Positions 1 to 9,248 of a stretch of DNA of 64,000 nt are shown here, piece after piece (positions within the stretch are counted from its first letter, which is position 1; the number at the start of each line of letters is the position of its first letter). The position numbers and the translations under genes are program-made. The notes beneath the pieces were generated by a model. That model was not told where the DNA came from. It made no database searches and was given only the letters and a program-made list of their open reading frames with translations. Origin of the DNA: Eubacteriales bacterium (lineage in GTDB: Bacteria > Bacillota > Clostridia > Oscillospirales > CAG-272); NCBI GenBank assembly GCA_045659905.1, contig JAZRCT010000020.1:194-64193 (forward strand), read 5' to 3'.

Positions 1-87
1 GTGAGCTTGATTCTCTGTTCGTCAGGCAGACGGACGTCGGCGATTGCAAAGACACTTTTCATAAATAAATTTCCGTGCTAATAAAAT

Positions 88-116
88 GAACTCCGCTTCG
101 TCCTGAAGCGGAGTTC
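88..116. terminator. Rho-independent hairpin downstream of rpmB
   Basis: Perfect 12-bp stem GAACTCCGCTTC / GAAGCGGAGTTC with a 5-nt loop. A/T runs on both flanks. It lies 9 nt after the rpmB stop. Confidence 0.7.
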
Positions 117-124
117 ATTTAAAG

Positions 125-310
125 TCAAGCACGCTCGACCTTGCCCGAACGAAGGCAACGGGAACATACGCAAACCGTAGTGTGCGTACCGTCAACTACT
201 GCCTTTACCTTGCGGATGTTGGGCTTCCAAGTTCTGTTCGTCTTGCGGTTGGAGTGGGAAACGTTATGTCCGAAAACAACGCCCTTGCCGCATACTTCAC
301 ACTTTGCCAT
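125..310 (-). CDS. rpmB: 50S ribosomal protein bL28
   Basis: 61 aa, MAKCEVCGKG...NVSHSNRKTNRTWKPN, the typical L28 signature. GGAGG RBS upstream. Confidence 0.95.
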   Translation of the reverse strand: MAKCEVCGKGVVFGHNVSHSNRKTNRTWKPNIRKVKAVVDGTHTTVCVCSRCLRSGKVERA

Positions 311-385
311 TTTGACACCTCCTAGATAATGCCTGATGAACGATATATATCGTCATAATTGTTTAAACATAAATCAACGGATAAT

Positions 386-414
386 ATTATAGCATATACT
401 TTTTCAAAAAGCAA
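386..414 (-). promoter_or_regulatory. sigma-A type promoter for rpmB
   Basis: Minus strand reads TTGCTT-17 nt-TATAAT with a TGc extended -10. Confidence 0.5.
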
Positions 415-454
415 GCCCTTTTTTGCATTTTTTCAAATTTCTTTTTTGAACCGT

Positions 455-1177
455 TTATTCAGCCTTGCTCTCGCCAAATTTGATGAGCGCCGCCCCCTTG
501 ATATAAAATAACGCAAAGTAATGTAAAAAGAGCGCAAGTATATCAAATATAAAGAACACTACTATCATTATTATCTCATTTGCTTTGTAGTAGGTGTATG
601 AGTTAAGATAATCTACGGTTGATATTACGTCGTTTATTGCAAAGTAGACGAATATCACCGACGAAAGCGCCATAAGGGCAAACGATATGGGATTTGAAAG
701 GTCAAACGCATCGGAGGTGTAAAGAAAATGCGACGCATCACGGCACTTGCCCTTTAGCCTTGCAACCGCATAAATCAGCAGGGCGATAAGGAGAGATATA
801 AGATATGCGATTATTTCCTCGCCAAGCGAAATCAAAAGCCCGTAGCCGAGCGCTTCAAGCGAATCAAAACCGTCGGGCAGAAGATAAAGATACCAGATAG
901 GCAGCGAGTAGAAAATCCTCGGCAAAGTCATAGCGGCAAGCGACAAAAGAGCGCTTTTCGTGCCTGAGAGCATATATACGGTAAGTGACAGAAGCGCCGC
1001 TGCGGAGGGAAGCAAAAGATAGGTAGACTTATTTACCGCCTCAGCGATATAGCGTATAGGCTCAAGCGTCCTTGCGAAGATATAGCTGTCAATATAAAAT
1101 ATAATAAATGAAAGGAAGTAGACGAGCGAAAGCAGAAGCGCTGCGGTGAGCGACATTCTTTTTGAATTGATTTTCAT
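455..1177 (-). CDS. multi-pass integral membrane protein, unknown function
   Basis: 240 aa with about 7 hydrophobic segments. AAGGAGG RBS. Own promoter at 1210-1238. No motif I recognise. Confidence 0.7.
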   Translation of the reverse strand: MKINSKRMSLTAALLLSLVYFLSFIIFYIDSYIFARTLEPIRYIAEAVNKSTYLLLPSAAALLSLTVYMLSGTKSALLSLAAMTLPRIFYSLPIWYLYLLPDGFDSLEALGYGLLISLGEEIIAYLISLLIALLIYAVARLKGKCRDASHFLYTSDAFDLSNPISFALMALSSVIFVYFAINDVISTVDYLNSYTYYKANEIIMIVVFFIFDILALFLHYFALFYIKGAALIKFGESKAE

Positions 1178-1209
1178 AAGGCTAGCCTCCTTTTTAGTTG
1201 TTTACAGCT

Positions 1210-1238
1210 ATTTTACCACATAAAAAGGCAAAGCGCAA
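1210..1238 (-). promoter_or_regulatory. sigma-A type promoter for the 455-1177 gene
   Basis: Minus strand reads TTGCGC-17 nt-TAAAAT with a TGg extension. Confidence 0.45.
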
Positions 1239-1309
1239 GTAAAAAAGAATTTTCCACAGCGGTGAAATGTGAATTTTTTGTAAATAAAAGATCTTTTTTT
1301 AAAATAGTC

Positions 1310-1338
1310 TTGAAATATATATAATAATATGATATTAT
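1310..1338 (+). promoter_or_regulatory. candidate promoter of rpsB-tsf
   Basis: TTGAAA-17 nt-TATTAT with a TGa extension, about 125 nt upstream of the rpsB start. Confidence 0.4.
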
Positions 1339-1465
1339 ATTTTGGACTGTCGCTTAGGGGCAGTTAAATATTACACACGTAGCGGGTAGGAATGACTGTC
1401 GGTGCTTGAATATCAGGTAGCAGTATTATGCCGCTATGGAGGAAAAACCAAGGAGGAACATTAAA

Positions 1466-2215
1466 ATGTTCGAAATCACAATCAAGCAGTTGCTTGAAGC
1501 AGGCGTTCACTTCGGTCACCCGACCAAGAAGTGGAATCCCAAGATGAGTGAGTACATCTTCACTCAGAGAAACGGTATCCATATCGTTGACCTTCAGAAG
1601 ACCGTAAAGAAGTTCGAGGAAGCTTACAATTTCGTTTCCGAGCTTGCTCAGGAGGGCGGCACTCTTCTTTTCATCGGTACTAAGAAGCAGGCGGCAGACA
1701 CCATCAAGGAAGAGGCTGAAAGATGCGGTCTTTACTATGTAAACGCTCGTTGGCCCGGTGGTATGCTTACCAACTTCAACACCATCCGCAAGTCCATCAG
1801 GCGTCTTAAGGAGCTTGAGAAGATGCAGGCAGACGGTACGTTCAATCTTCTTCCCAAGAAGGAAGTAGCAAAGAAGATGAAGGAAATTGAGGACCTCGAG
1901 AAGTCCTACGGCGGTATCAAGGAGATGGACAGACTCCCCTCCGCTGTATTTATCGTAGACACCCGCAAGGAGGCTAATGCGGTTAAGGAAGCTAAGAAGC
2001 TTGGCATTCCCGTAGTAGCTATCGTTGATACCAACTGCGACCCTGAGGATGCAGATTACATCATCCCCGGCAACGACGACGCAATCCGTGCAATCAAGCT
2101 TATCAGCGCTGCTCTTGCTGACGCTGTTATCGAGGCTCGCGGCGGCGTTCAGGAGACTCTTCCCGAAGAGACAGAGGCTGTAGCAGAGGAAGCAGCTACC
2201 GAGGACGCAGAGTAA
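1466..2215 (+). CDS. rpsB: 30S ribosomal protein uS2
   Basis: [18 protein letters not shown]..., the canonical S2 N-terminus. AAGGAGGA RBS 7 nt upstream of the ATG at 1466. The ORF-track start at 1436 adds 10 unlikely residues. Confidence 0.95.
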   Translation: MFEITIKQLLEAGVHFGHPTKKWNPKMSEYIFTQRNGIHIVDLQKTVKKFEEAYNFVSELAQEGGTLLFIGTKKQAADTIKEEAERCGLYYVNARWPGGMLTNFNTIRKSIRRLKELEKMQADGTFNLLPKKEVAKKMKEIEDLEKSYGGIKEMDRLPSAVFIVDTRKEANAVKEAKKLGIPVVAIVDTNCDPEDADYIIPGNDDAIRAIKLISAALADAVIEARGGVQETLPEETEAVAEEAATEDAE

Positions 2216-2253
2216 TTTTCCTCGCTTTACTAAAAATTAAGGAGAATAATAAA

Positions 2254-3171
2254 ATGGCATTTACAGCTAAAGACGTAGCCGAGCTCAGAAAGCAGACCGG
2301 CTGCGGTATGATGGACTGCAAGAACGCTCTTACCGAGGCAAACGGTGACTTCGAGGCTGCTATCAAGGTTCTTCGTGAGAAGGGACAGGCAGCAGTTGCT
2401 AAGAAGGCAGACAGAATCGCCGCTGAGGGTATAGTAGACGTTATGACTATCGGTGACGTTACCGCTATGATAGAGGTAAACTCCGAGACCGACTTTGTTG
2501 CAAAGAACGCACTTTTCCGTGACTTCGTTAAGGATGTTCTCAAGACTATAATCGCAAACAAGCCCGCTGACGTTGACGCACTTATGGCGTGCAAGTTCGA
2601 GGGCGGCGAGGGCACCGTTGCTGATGCTCTTGCAGAGAAGACCGGTACTATCGGCGAGAAGCTTTCGCTCCGCCGCTTCGTAGTGCTTGAGGGTACTGTT
2701 GCTACCTACATTCACGGCGCAGGCGCTACCGGTGTTGTAGTTACCTTTGATACCGACCTTGCAGACAAGGCAGAGTTCAAGGAGTGCGCTAACAACGTAG
2801 CACTTCAGGTTGCTGCGATGAACGTTCAGTATCTTGACAAGGCTTCCGTTCCCGCTTCGGTAATCGAAGAGGAGAAGAGCATTCTTGTCAACCAGATGAA
2901 GCAGGACCCTAAGATGGCAAACAAGCCCGAGCAGGTTCTCGTTAAAATCGTTGAGGGAAGACTTGGCAAGTTCTATGAGAACAATTGCTTGCTTGAGCAG
3001 GCGTACGTCAAGGAGGATTCTCTTACCGTTGCTAAGTACGTAGCAAGCGTTGCTAAGGAGCTTGGCGGCAGCATCAAGGTTACCGGATACGTTCGCTTTG
3101 ATAAGGGCGAGGGCATTCAGAAGAGAGAAGAGGATTACGGCGCTGAAATCGCAAAGATGATTAACGGCTAA
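2254..3171 (+). CDS. tsf: elongation factor Ts
   Basis: 305 aa, MAFTAKDVAELRKQTGCGMMDCKNAL (UBA-like N-terminus) plus the EF-Ts core. Conserved position directly after rpsB. Confidence 0.95.
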   Translation: MAFTAKDVAELRKQTGCGMMDCKNALTEANGDFEAAIKVLREKGQAAVAKKADRIAAEGIVDVMTIGDVTAMIEVNSETDFVAKNALFRDFVKDVLKTIIANKPADVDALMACKFEGGEGTVADALAEKTGTIGEKLSLRRFVVLEGTVATYIHGAGATGVVVTFDTDLADKAEFKECANNVALQVAAMNVQYLDKASVPASVIEEEKSILVNQMKQDPKMANKPEQVLVKIVEGRLGKFYENNCLLEQAYVKEDSLTVAKYVASVAKELGGSIKVTGYVRFDKGEGIQKREEDYGAEIAKMING

Positions 3172-3224
3172 TTCCAATTCTTCACGAGCGTATGTAATCA
3201 ATGTATATCAGCTCAAGCATAAAA

Positions 3225-3250
3225 AGCGAGGTAGAACTATCTACCTCGCT
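3225..3250. terminator. bidirectional terminator between tsf and the 3279-3911 gene
   Basis: AGCGAGGTAG-aacta-CTACCTCGCT, a 10-bp stem flanked by AAAA and TTTT. Confidence 0.75.
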
Positions 3251-3278
3251 TTTTGCGTTAATATTCATACAAAAACTC

Positions 3279-3911
3279 TTATTCTTCAACTCCAAGGAGC
3301 CTTTTGATTCTTTCAAAATTATGCGGGAATACTCCTGCGCCATCGAAGAATCTTGGGGCGTGCGAGTCTGTAAACTCTATAAGCAGTCGCCAGCGTGTAG
3401 GCTCGCTGAAGGATGCGCCGTAATGCTCGGGAAGATAGCTGTCGCGCCACTCGCCGATACGCATATCGATAAGAGTGCTGATTACCTTTTCACGATCGAG
3501 CGATACCTCGACAGATTTTACTCCGTTGGATATTTTGCAAAGCGTTGCCTCACTGTCGTAAATTATAAGCTCATAGCAATGGTCAAGATAAGTGCCTATT
3601 GCAAGCGAAACCTTGCGAATCTTTGATGCGTTTTCAATAAAATCCATCGACATAGTCTCCTCCTCGGTAAAGGTTGGAGTGATGCCAAGGCGAGTAAGAC
3701 TCTCGTAAGCCTCCTTAAGATAATTGCGGCAGGCAGAAAGCTGGTCTCTTTCACTCGGGAATGGATGCTCCTCAAAGGGATACGAGGGCGATTCCATCTT
3801 GTGTTTAAGCCTGGATATTTCCTTCCGAAGCTTTTTTATTTCGTCAAGCACGGTAGCCTCGTCCTTGCCGTCAAGATATAAATCACGGTAGCATTCTGCG
3901 TTGAGAAGCAT
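3279..3911 (-). CDS. hypothetical cytoplasmic protein (210 aa)
   Basis: GAGGA RBS 7 nt upstream of the ATG. Near-consensus promoter at 3951-3979. Charged helical N-terminal half and a mixed C-terminal half. No family recognised. Confidence 0.65.
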   Translation of the reverse strand: MLLNAECYRDLYLDGKDEATVLDEIKKLRKEISRLKHKMESPSYPFEEHPFPSERDQLSACRNYLKEAYESLTRLGITPTFTEEETMSMDFIENASKIRKVSLAIGTYLDHCYELIIYDSEATLCKISNGVKSVEVSLDREKVISTLIDMRIGEWRDSYLPEHYGASFSEPTRWRLLIEFTDSHAPRFFDGAGVFPHNFERIKRLLGVEE

Positions 3912-3950
3912 ATATAATTCCTCGTTTTCATAGCTGTACTTGTGTATATA

Positions 3951-3979
3951 ATTATATCATTTATGGGAAAAATTGTAAA
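3951..3979 (-). promoter_or_regulatory. sigma-A promoter of the 3279-3911 gene
   Basis: Minus strand reads TTTACA-17 nt-TATAAT with a TGa extended -10. Confidence 0.55.
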
Positions 3980-4172
3980 GGCAAATAGTCGCCAAACTTT
4001 TTTGTGCAATACATACAAAAATCGGAGAATTTAATAGAAAAATAATGCACAAATTGCAAAAAACAGCCTTGACGTACTTTTTGTCGAACGGTCTGTTTTT
4101 CTTTTTTGATGCTTCCCGTATAATTTTTCTTGTGGGAGGGAAAATAATAAAAAAATGAAAGGATAGAAAGCT

Positions 4173-4625
4173 ATGGTACTCACAGAAAAGGAAACGGGAC
4201 TTTTAAAGGATATGAAATCTCAGGAGGAGTTATGCATCAAAAAGTACAATAAGTATAAGGAGGAAGCAAAGTGCCCTAAGCTCTCTGAGCTTTTTGCTTC
4301 AATAGCAACAGCGGAAAGCGAGCATCTTAAGACTGTAAATGAAATTATGTCGGGCAAAGAGCCTGCATCTCCGAAGCCTCTTAGTGAAAATAACGCTATG
4401 TGCGTAGCCTGCGATTATTCAAGTACGGCTGACAAAGACGCCGATTGCTACCTCATTTCAGATTTGTTGTCTACCGAGAAGCACGTTTCCTCTCTTTACA
4501 ACATCAGCGTATTTGAATTCAATTCGCCTGCCGTAAGAAAGATGCTCAGCCATATTCAGGCAGAGGAGCAGCAGCACGGCGAGAAGCTCTACGCCTTTAT
4601 GAAGGCAAACGGAATGTATAGCTAA
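4173..4625 (+). CDS. spore coat protein F-like (Coat_F / ferritin-like four-helix) protein
   Basis: 150 aa. It has two repeats of the LTEKE..L.D...E..L..KY / LSTEKHVSSLYN type pattern typical of the CotF family. The symbol is not certain. Confidence 0.7.
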   Translation: MVLTEKETGLLKDMKSQEELCIKKYNKYKEEAKCPKLSELFASIATAESEHLKTVNEIMSGKEPASPKPLSENNAMCVACDYSSTADKDADCYLISDLLSTEKHVSSLYNISVFEFNSPAVRKMLSHIQAEEQQHGEKLYAFMKANGMYS

Positions 4626-4640
4626 TTGACACGAAAATCC

Positions 4641-4688
4641 CTCCTCATAAGTCGCAGCGCCGCAAGGTATGCTCAGACTTGTGAGGAG
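4641..4688 (+). terminator. hairpin after the CotF-like gene
   Basis: 13-bp stem CTCCTCATAAGTC / GACTTGTGAGGAG (one G-U pair) with a 22-nt loop. The T tract is weak (AAATTATTTTA). Confidence 0.45.
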
Positions 4689-4780
4689 AAATTATTTTAT
4701 GCGAAATCTCAAAGTTGGGGTAATCTTATAAAAAAAACACAAAAAATGACGTCAAGTATTGTGTATTTTACTCATTTTTG

Positions 4781-4809
4781 TTGACATTCTGCTTATATTT
4801 TGATATAAT
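4781..4809 (+). promoter_or_regulatory. sigma-A promoter of the capD-like/ppa unit
   Basis: TTGACA-17 nt-TATAAT with a TGa extension. It lies inside the ORF-track N-terminal extension, which argues for the downstream start. Confidence 0.6.
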
Positions 4810-4849
4810 TATTAGAGTAAATAAGGCTTTGCTCGAAATGGAGGATGCT

Positions 4850-6691
4850 ATGAAATACTTTCTTAGACATAAGGTAAAGACCTCAGCGGTAATTTTGGGA
4901 TTCATAGTTGCGTATTTTGCATCTACGCTGCTAGCGACGCTCGCAATGGAGCTTAATTTTGAGAAATATACCGAAATTGCAAAATATTCTTTACTTATCT
5001 GCTCGGTTTCTAATATAATCGGCGTAATAATTTCGAATTTACATACTGCGTATTTTCATCAAGCCAGCTTCAGAGAGCTTTTTAAGGTCTGCGGAATATG
5101 CAGCTTTACGCTTATAATAAATATCATACTTGCTATTTTCAATGAGGAAATGTCGCTTGGCTGGTGCATAGTTTGCTATCTTGTATTTTTGATATTAACC
5201 GCCATTATGGTTTGCGGACTTCGAATTTATACTCTTGTCTGCTCCTATATCAGAAGAAGGCACGATTCTTCGGCGTGCCGAGTTCTTATAGTTGGCGCAG
5301 GCGAAGCAGGTACTACCGTATTGAAGGAGCTTAAGTCCTCTGATAAAATCAGCTATAAGCCGATAGGCTTTATAGACGATAATCCCTCGCTTTTAGACGC
5401 TGAAATCTGCGGTGTCCGAGTGCTTGGCGAATGTAAGGACGTAAAGCGCATAGCCGATTCGGTAAAGGCGGAGCAGATAATAATAGCAATCCCCTCGGCA
5501 ACCCCCGCAGAGATTAAGAAAATCACAGAATACTGCCTGCCTACGGGCTGCGAAATTAAGGTGCTGCCGGGAATTTACCAGCTTATCAACGGTAAGGTGT
5601 CTGTATCTCAGCTGAGAAGCGTTGCTATCGAGGATTTGCTGGGCAGAGACCCAATATCGGTAAATCTTGACGAGGTTATGGGTTATATTGAAAATAGAGT
5701 AATTCTCGTCACTGGCGGCGGCGGCTCTATCGGAAGTGAGCTTTGCAGGCAGATAGCTCAGAAAAATCCAAAGAAGCTTATTATCCTTGATATATATGAG
5801 AACAACGCCTACGATATCGAGCAGGAGCTTATAAGAAAGCATCCCGAGCTTGAAATACTTACTCTTATCGCTTCTGTGCGTGACCTTCGCAAAATTGATT
5901 GCGTATTTGCGGAGCATAAGCCCGAAATCGTCTTCCATGCAGCAGCTCATAAGCACGTGCCGCTTATGGAGACCAGCCCCAACGAGGCTGTTAAGAATAA
6001 CGTAGTAGGCACTTATAACGTAGTCCGCTGCGCCGATAAGCACGGCTGCCTGCGCTTCGTTCAGATTTCTACTGACAAGGCGGTAAATCCGACTAATATT
6101 ATGGGCGCTACCAAGCGTGTGTGCGAAATGATTATTCAAGCATACGCAAAGCGCTCGAGTACCAGCTTCGTTGCCGTAAGATTCGGCAACGTCTTAGGCT
6201 CTAACGGCTCGGTAATTCCGCTTTTCAAGAAGCAGATAGCCGAGGGAGGTCCTGTTACCGTCACGCATAAGGATATTATCCGTTACTTTATGACTATCCC
6301 CGAGGCAGTAAGCCTTGTGCTTCAGGCGGGAGCTTATGCTAAGGGCGGTGAAATATTCGTGCTTGATATGGGCGAGCAGGTGCGTATATACGACCTTGCA
6401 GAACGTCTGATTCACCTTATGGGCTTTGAGCCTCATACCGAAATTGAAATTAAAATCACAGGTCTTCGCCCCGGAGAGAAGCTCTACGAGGAGCGCCTTA
6501 TGGCGGAGGAGGGACTTAAAAAGACCGATAACGGTCTTATCTCGATAGCAAAGCCTATCCCTATGGACGAAAACGCTCTTTGGGATAAGCTGAAAACGCT
6601 TGAGGATGCCGCTTATTCCGAGACCGGCGAAATGAAATCCATTATGGCAGAGCTTGTTCCTACCTATTCTCCCGATTGCGGGAAGAACTGA
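4850..6691 (+). CDS. polysaccharide biosynthesis protein, CapD/PglF/WbpM-type membrane-anchored NDP-sugar 4,6-dehydratase
   Basis: N-terminal TM helices, then two Rossmann motifs (VGAGEAG and VTGGGGSIGSEL), a ...YxxxK-type SDR core, and the MTIPEAV and GEIFVLDMG motifs typical of the CapD family. GGAGGA RBS 5 nt before the ATG at 4850. Confidence 0.85.
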   Translation: MKYFLRHKVKTSAVILGFIVAYFASTLLATLAMELNFEKYTEIAKYSLLICSVSNIIGVIISNLHTAYFHQASFRELFKVCGICSFTLIINIILAIFNEEMSLGWCIVCYLVFLILTAIMVCGLRIYTLVCSYIRRRHDSSACRVLIVGAGEAGTTVLKELKSSDKISYKPIGFIDDNPSLLDAEICGVRVLGECKDVKRIADSVKAEQIIIAIPSATPAEIKKITEYCLPTGCEIKVLPGIYQLINGKVSVSQLRSVAIEDLLGRDPISVNLDEVMGYIENRVILVTGGGGSIGSELCRQIAQKNPKKLIILDIYENNAYDIEQELIRKHPELEILTLIASVRDLRKIDCVFAEHKPEIVFHAAAHKHVPLMETSPNEAVKNNVVGTYNVVRCADKHGCLRFVQISTDKAVNPTNIMGATKRVCEMIIQAYAKRSSTSFVAVRFGNVLGSNGSVIPLFKKQIAEGGPVTVTHKDIIRYFMTIPEAVSLVLQAGAYAKGGEIFVLDMGEQVRIYDLAERLIHLMGFEPHTEIEIKITGLRPGEKLYEERLMAEEGLKKTDNGLISIAKPIPMDENALWDKLKTLEDAAYSETGEMKSIMAELVPTYSPDCGKN

Positions 6692-6727
6692 ATTTTGCCC
6701 ATTTTTAAAAAAGGAGTAAGACCGTAT

Positions 6728-7258
6728 ATGTCAAATATCTGGCACGATATATCCGAAAGCAGGATTACCCCCGAGGATTTTATATGCGTCATAGAAATAT
6801 CCAAGGGCAGTAAGAAAAAGTACGAGCTCGATAAGGAAACGGGATATATAATTCTCGACAGAATCCTTTATACCTCTACTCACTATCCTGCAAATTACGG
6901 CTTCATACCGAGGACCTACGGCGACGACGAGGACCCGCTTGACGTGCTGCTTCTGTGCGCCGAGCCGCTTGAGCCTATGTCGCTCGTGCGTGCTTATCCT
7001 ATCGGCGTAATAAAAATGGTAGACAACGGCAGAAACGACGAGAAGATAATAGCAATTCCTTATAACGACCCGAATTATAATAATTATAAGGATATTTCGG
7101 ATTTGCCTATGCACATATTCGAGGAAATGCGGCATTTCTTCACGGTCTACAAGAATCTTGAAAATAAGACTACCGCAGTCGACGAGGTTATGGCGAGAGA
7201 GGACGCAATAAAGGTAATCGAAAGTGCGATAGATAATTATAAAGAGAAATTTGATTAA
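6728..7258 (+). CDS. ppa: family I inorganic pyrophosphatase
   Basis: EISKGSKKKYELDK...YPANYGFIP.T...DEDPLDVLLL, the family I PPase signature. AAGGAG RBS. ATG at 6728. Confidence 0.9.
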   Translation: MSNIWHDISESRITPEDFICVIEISKGSKKKYELDKETGYIILDRILYTSTHYPANYGFIPRTYGDDEDPLDVLLLCAEPLEPMSLVRAYPIGVIKMVDNGRNDEKIIAIPYNDPNYNNYKDISDLPMHIFEEMRHFFTVYKNLENKTTAVDEVMAREDAIKVIESAIDNYKEKFD

Positions 7259-7272
7259 ACCAATATGAAAAG

Positions 7273-7311
7273 AAGACGCCTTTGCGAAAAAACTCGCAAA
7301 AGCGTCTTTTT
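7273..7311 (+). terminator. terminator of ppa
   Basis: AAGACGCCTTTGCGA / TCGCAAAAGCGTCTT stem (1 mismatch) followed by TTTTT. Confidence 0.7.
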
Positions 7312-7321
7312 ATAAAAAAAG

Positions 7322-7355
7322 ACGGGAGAATACCGCTTTTGCGGTATTCTCCCGT
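7322..7355 (-). terminator. terminator of the opp operon
   Basis: Perfect 15-bp stem ACGGGAGAATACCGC-tttt-GCGGTATTCTCCCGT. On the minus strand it is followed by CTTTTTTTA. Confidence 0.8.
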
Positions 7356-7373
7356 ACTTGATATCAAGTACGA

Positions 7374-7444
7374 ATTATTTACGCGTGCAGTACATAAAGT
7401 ACTTGTTAATTATTTACGAGTGCAGTACATGAAGTACTTGTAAC
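7374..7444. repeat. 35-nt-period tandem duplication of the oppA 3' end
   Basis: 7374-7409 and 7409-7444 match at 32 of 36 positions. The second copy is the real oppA stop region. Confidence 0.85.
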
Positions 7445-9248
7445 CAAGGGGATTGCAGAAGAAGCCTTCTACGTTGTCATCGATCATATAAATGTCGGTG
7501 TAGTAGTATACGGGTACGATAGCACCGGTAGACATAAGGAGGTCCTCAGCAGCGTGCATAAGCTGGTATCTCTTGGTCTTGTTGGTCTCAGCCTTGATGA
7601 GCTTGATAAGCTCGTCGTAGGTCTGTGCCCAAGTACCGTTGGTTACCTTGAGGCCTTCAACGTCAACGCTGTACATAGCAAGGTTAGCGTGGTCGCCCTT
7701 ACCGTACTGAACGTCGTTGTTACCCGAACCCGAGGTCCACATATCAAGGAAGGAGATAGGATCGTTGTAGTCAGCAAGCCAGCCGTTACGAGCTACGGTG
7801 TAGTTACCGTCCTTACGAGTGTTAAGGAAGGTGTTCCACTCCTGGTTGGTAAGAGTCATGGTGATGCCTACTGCAGCGAGCTTCGACTGAATGTACTCAG
7901 CGATTGCCTTGTGTCCGTCGTTGGTGTTGTAGATGTAGGTCATAGAAGGAACGTTGGTGAACTTCTTGGTGTTCTCGTCGTAGTTATAGTACTTCTTAAG
8001 AGTAGCAACTGCGGAAGCAATGTTGTCCTCAAGCTTAGCCTTGTCTACGGAGTAGTAGCCCTTGCCGCCGTTAGCGTTCTTATAGAACTCCTTGCCGTCA
8101 GCGTCGGTCATACCCATAGGAACGAAGGTGTTAGCGGGAACCTCACCTGCCTGAGAAATGTTCTCAACGAGGTAGTTTCTGTCGATGAGGAGACCCATAG
8201 CAGCACGGATTTCAGCGTTAGCAGCCTCAGCAGCAGTACCGGTAAGGTTGCTGTCGGAGGGAAGAAGGCTCTCGTTTACGTTGAAGCAAACGTAGTAAGT
8301 ACCAATCTGACCGGAAACAACGAACTCGTTAGGATACTCGGTCTTAAGAGAAGGAATCTCAGCGGTAGGAACGTCGTCGATAAGCTGCCACTCGCCGCTC
8401 TCGAAGTTGATAAGCATGTTGGATGCATCATCGGAGAGGTAGAACTTGATGGTAGGCATAGTAACGGTGTCCTTGTCGATGTAGTTATCGTTCTTCTTAA
8501 GAGTGATAACGGAATCGTGAGTCCAAGAATCGATTACGTAAGGACCGTTGTTAACGTAGGTCGAAGGCTCGGTAGCCCAAGACTCGTTGGAAACAACGTC
8601 AGAACGAACGGGGTAGTAGGTGGGGAACGCAAGAAGCTCATTCCAGTAAGCTACGTCGTTCTTAAGAGTAACCTTGATGGTCTTAGCGGTGTCGTCAGCA
8701 ACAACGTCAAGCTTAGCGTTAGGATTAGCGAGATCGTAAATGATATCGCCATTTTCGTCCTTAGCAACGGAGCCGTCAGGATTCTTTCTTTCTACCTGCT
8801 CCCACATTTCGTCATAGCCCTTAACTACGTCGAACATATAGCCGTAGTCAGCGCCGAGAGCGGGAGATGCTGCTCTGTTCCATGCGAATACGAAGTCGGA
8901 AGCCTTTACGTCCTTACCGTCGGACCACTTAAGGCCGTCACGGAGAGTGTAGGTGTAGGTAACGGTTCCGTCGTTGTTCTTAACGCCTGCGGGAAGTTCC
9001 TTAGCAGCGTCAGCAACGATTACGAGGTTGCCCTTGTCGTCCTGAGACCACTTAGCAAGGCCCTGGAAAAGGTGAGCAACGAGGGTCGCGCCGTCAACAG
9101 CAGAGTTGAGTGCGGGGTCGATAGTGTCAGGCTCAGAAGAGAGACATACCGAAAGAACGTTCTTGTCGTTCTTGTTGCAGGATGCAAGGCATGCAAAGCA
9201 AGCTACGAGCATAGCAGCAAGAAGAACGAGTGCGAGGATCTTTTTCAT
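7410..9248 (-). CDS. oppA: peptide/oligopeptide ABC transporter substrate-binding lipoprotein (SBP family 5)
   Basis: 612 aa. Signal peptide with lipobox LASC. Family-5 SBP length and motifs. Last gene of a BCDFA operon. Confidence 0.85.
   Translation of the reverse strand: MKKILALVLLAAMLVACFACLASCNKNDKNVLSVCLSSEPDTIDPALNSAVDGATLVAHLFQGLAKWSQDDKGNLVIVADAAKELPAGVKNNDGTVTYTYTLRDGLKWSDGKDVKASDFVFAWNRAASPALGADYGYMFDVVKGYDEMWEQVERKNPDGSVAKDENGDIIYDLANPNAKLDVVADDTAKTIKVTLKNDVAYWNELLAFPTYYPVRSDVVSNESWATEPSTYVNNGPYVIDSWTHDSVITLKKNDNYIDKDTVTMPTIKFYLSDDASNMLINFESGEWQLIDDVPTAEIPSLKTEYPNEFVVSGQIGTYYVCFNVNESLLPSDSNLTGTAAEAANAEIRAAMGLLIDRNYLVENISQAGEVPANTFVPMGMTDADGKEFYKNANGGKGYYSVDKAKLEDNIASAVATLKKYYNYDENTKKFTNVPSMTYIYNTNDGHKAIAEYIQSKLAAVGITMTLTNQEWNTFLNTRKDGNYTVARNGWLADYNDPISFLDMWTSGSGNNDVQYGKGDHANLAMYSVDVEGLKVTNGTWAQTYDELIKLIKAETNKTKRYQLMHAAEDLLMSTGAIVPVYYYTDIYMIDDNVEGFFCNPLGYKYFMYCTRK

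Noticed and set aside
1-63. Possible 5' end of a minus-strand CDS (MKSVFAIADVRLPDEQRIKL...) running off the left edge.
   Set aside because: Only 21 codons are visible, the RBS is weak (GGAAA) and it starts right after the rpmB terminator. There is too little sequence to call it.
1436-1465. ORF-track N-terminal extension of rpsB ([10 protein letters not shown]).
   Set aside because: The AAGGAGGA RBS lies inside this extension, and the conserved S2 N-terminus begins at the ATG at 1466.
2230-3201. 323-aa ORF antisense to tsf.
   Set aside because: It is a shadow frame of a highly codon-biased gene. Its composition is low-complexity Leu/Ser/Val-rich, it has no RBS and it overlaps EF-Ts completely.
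3201-3626. 141-aa plus-strand ORF overlapping the 3279-3911 gene.
   Set aside because: It starts inside the tsf terminator hairpin and has no RBS. The minus-strand ORF has an RBS, a consensus promoter and a more protein-like composition.
4778-4849. ORF-track upstream start of the CapD-like gene.
   Set aside because: The extension contains the consensus promoter (4781-4809), so it cannot be translated from that transcript. GGAGGA precedes the ATG at 4850.
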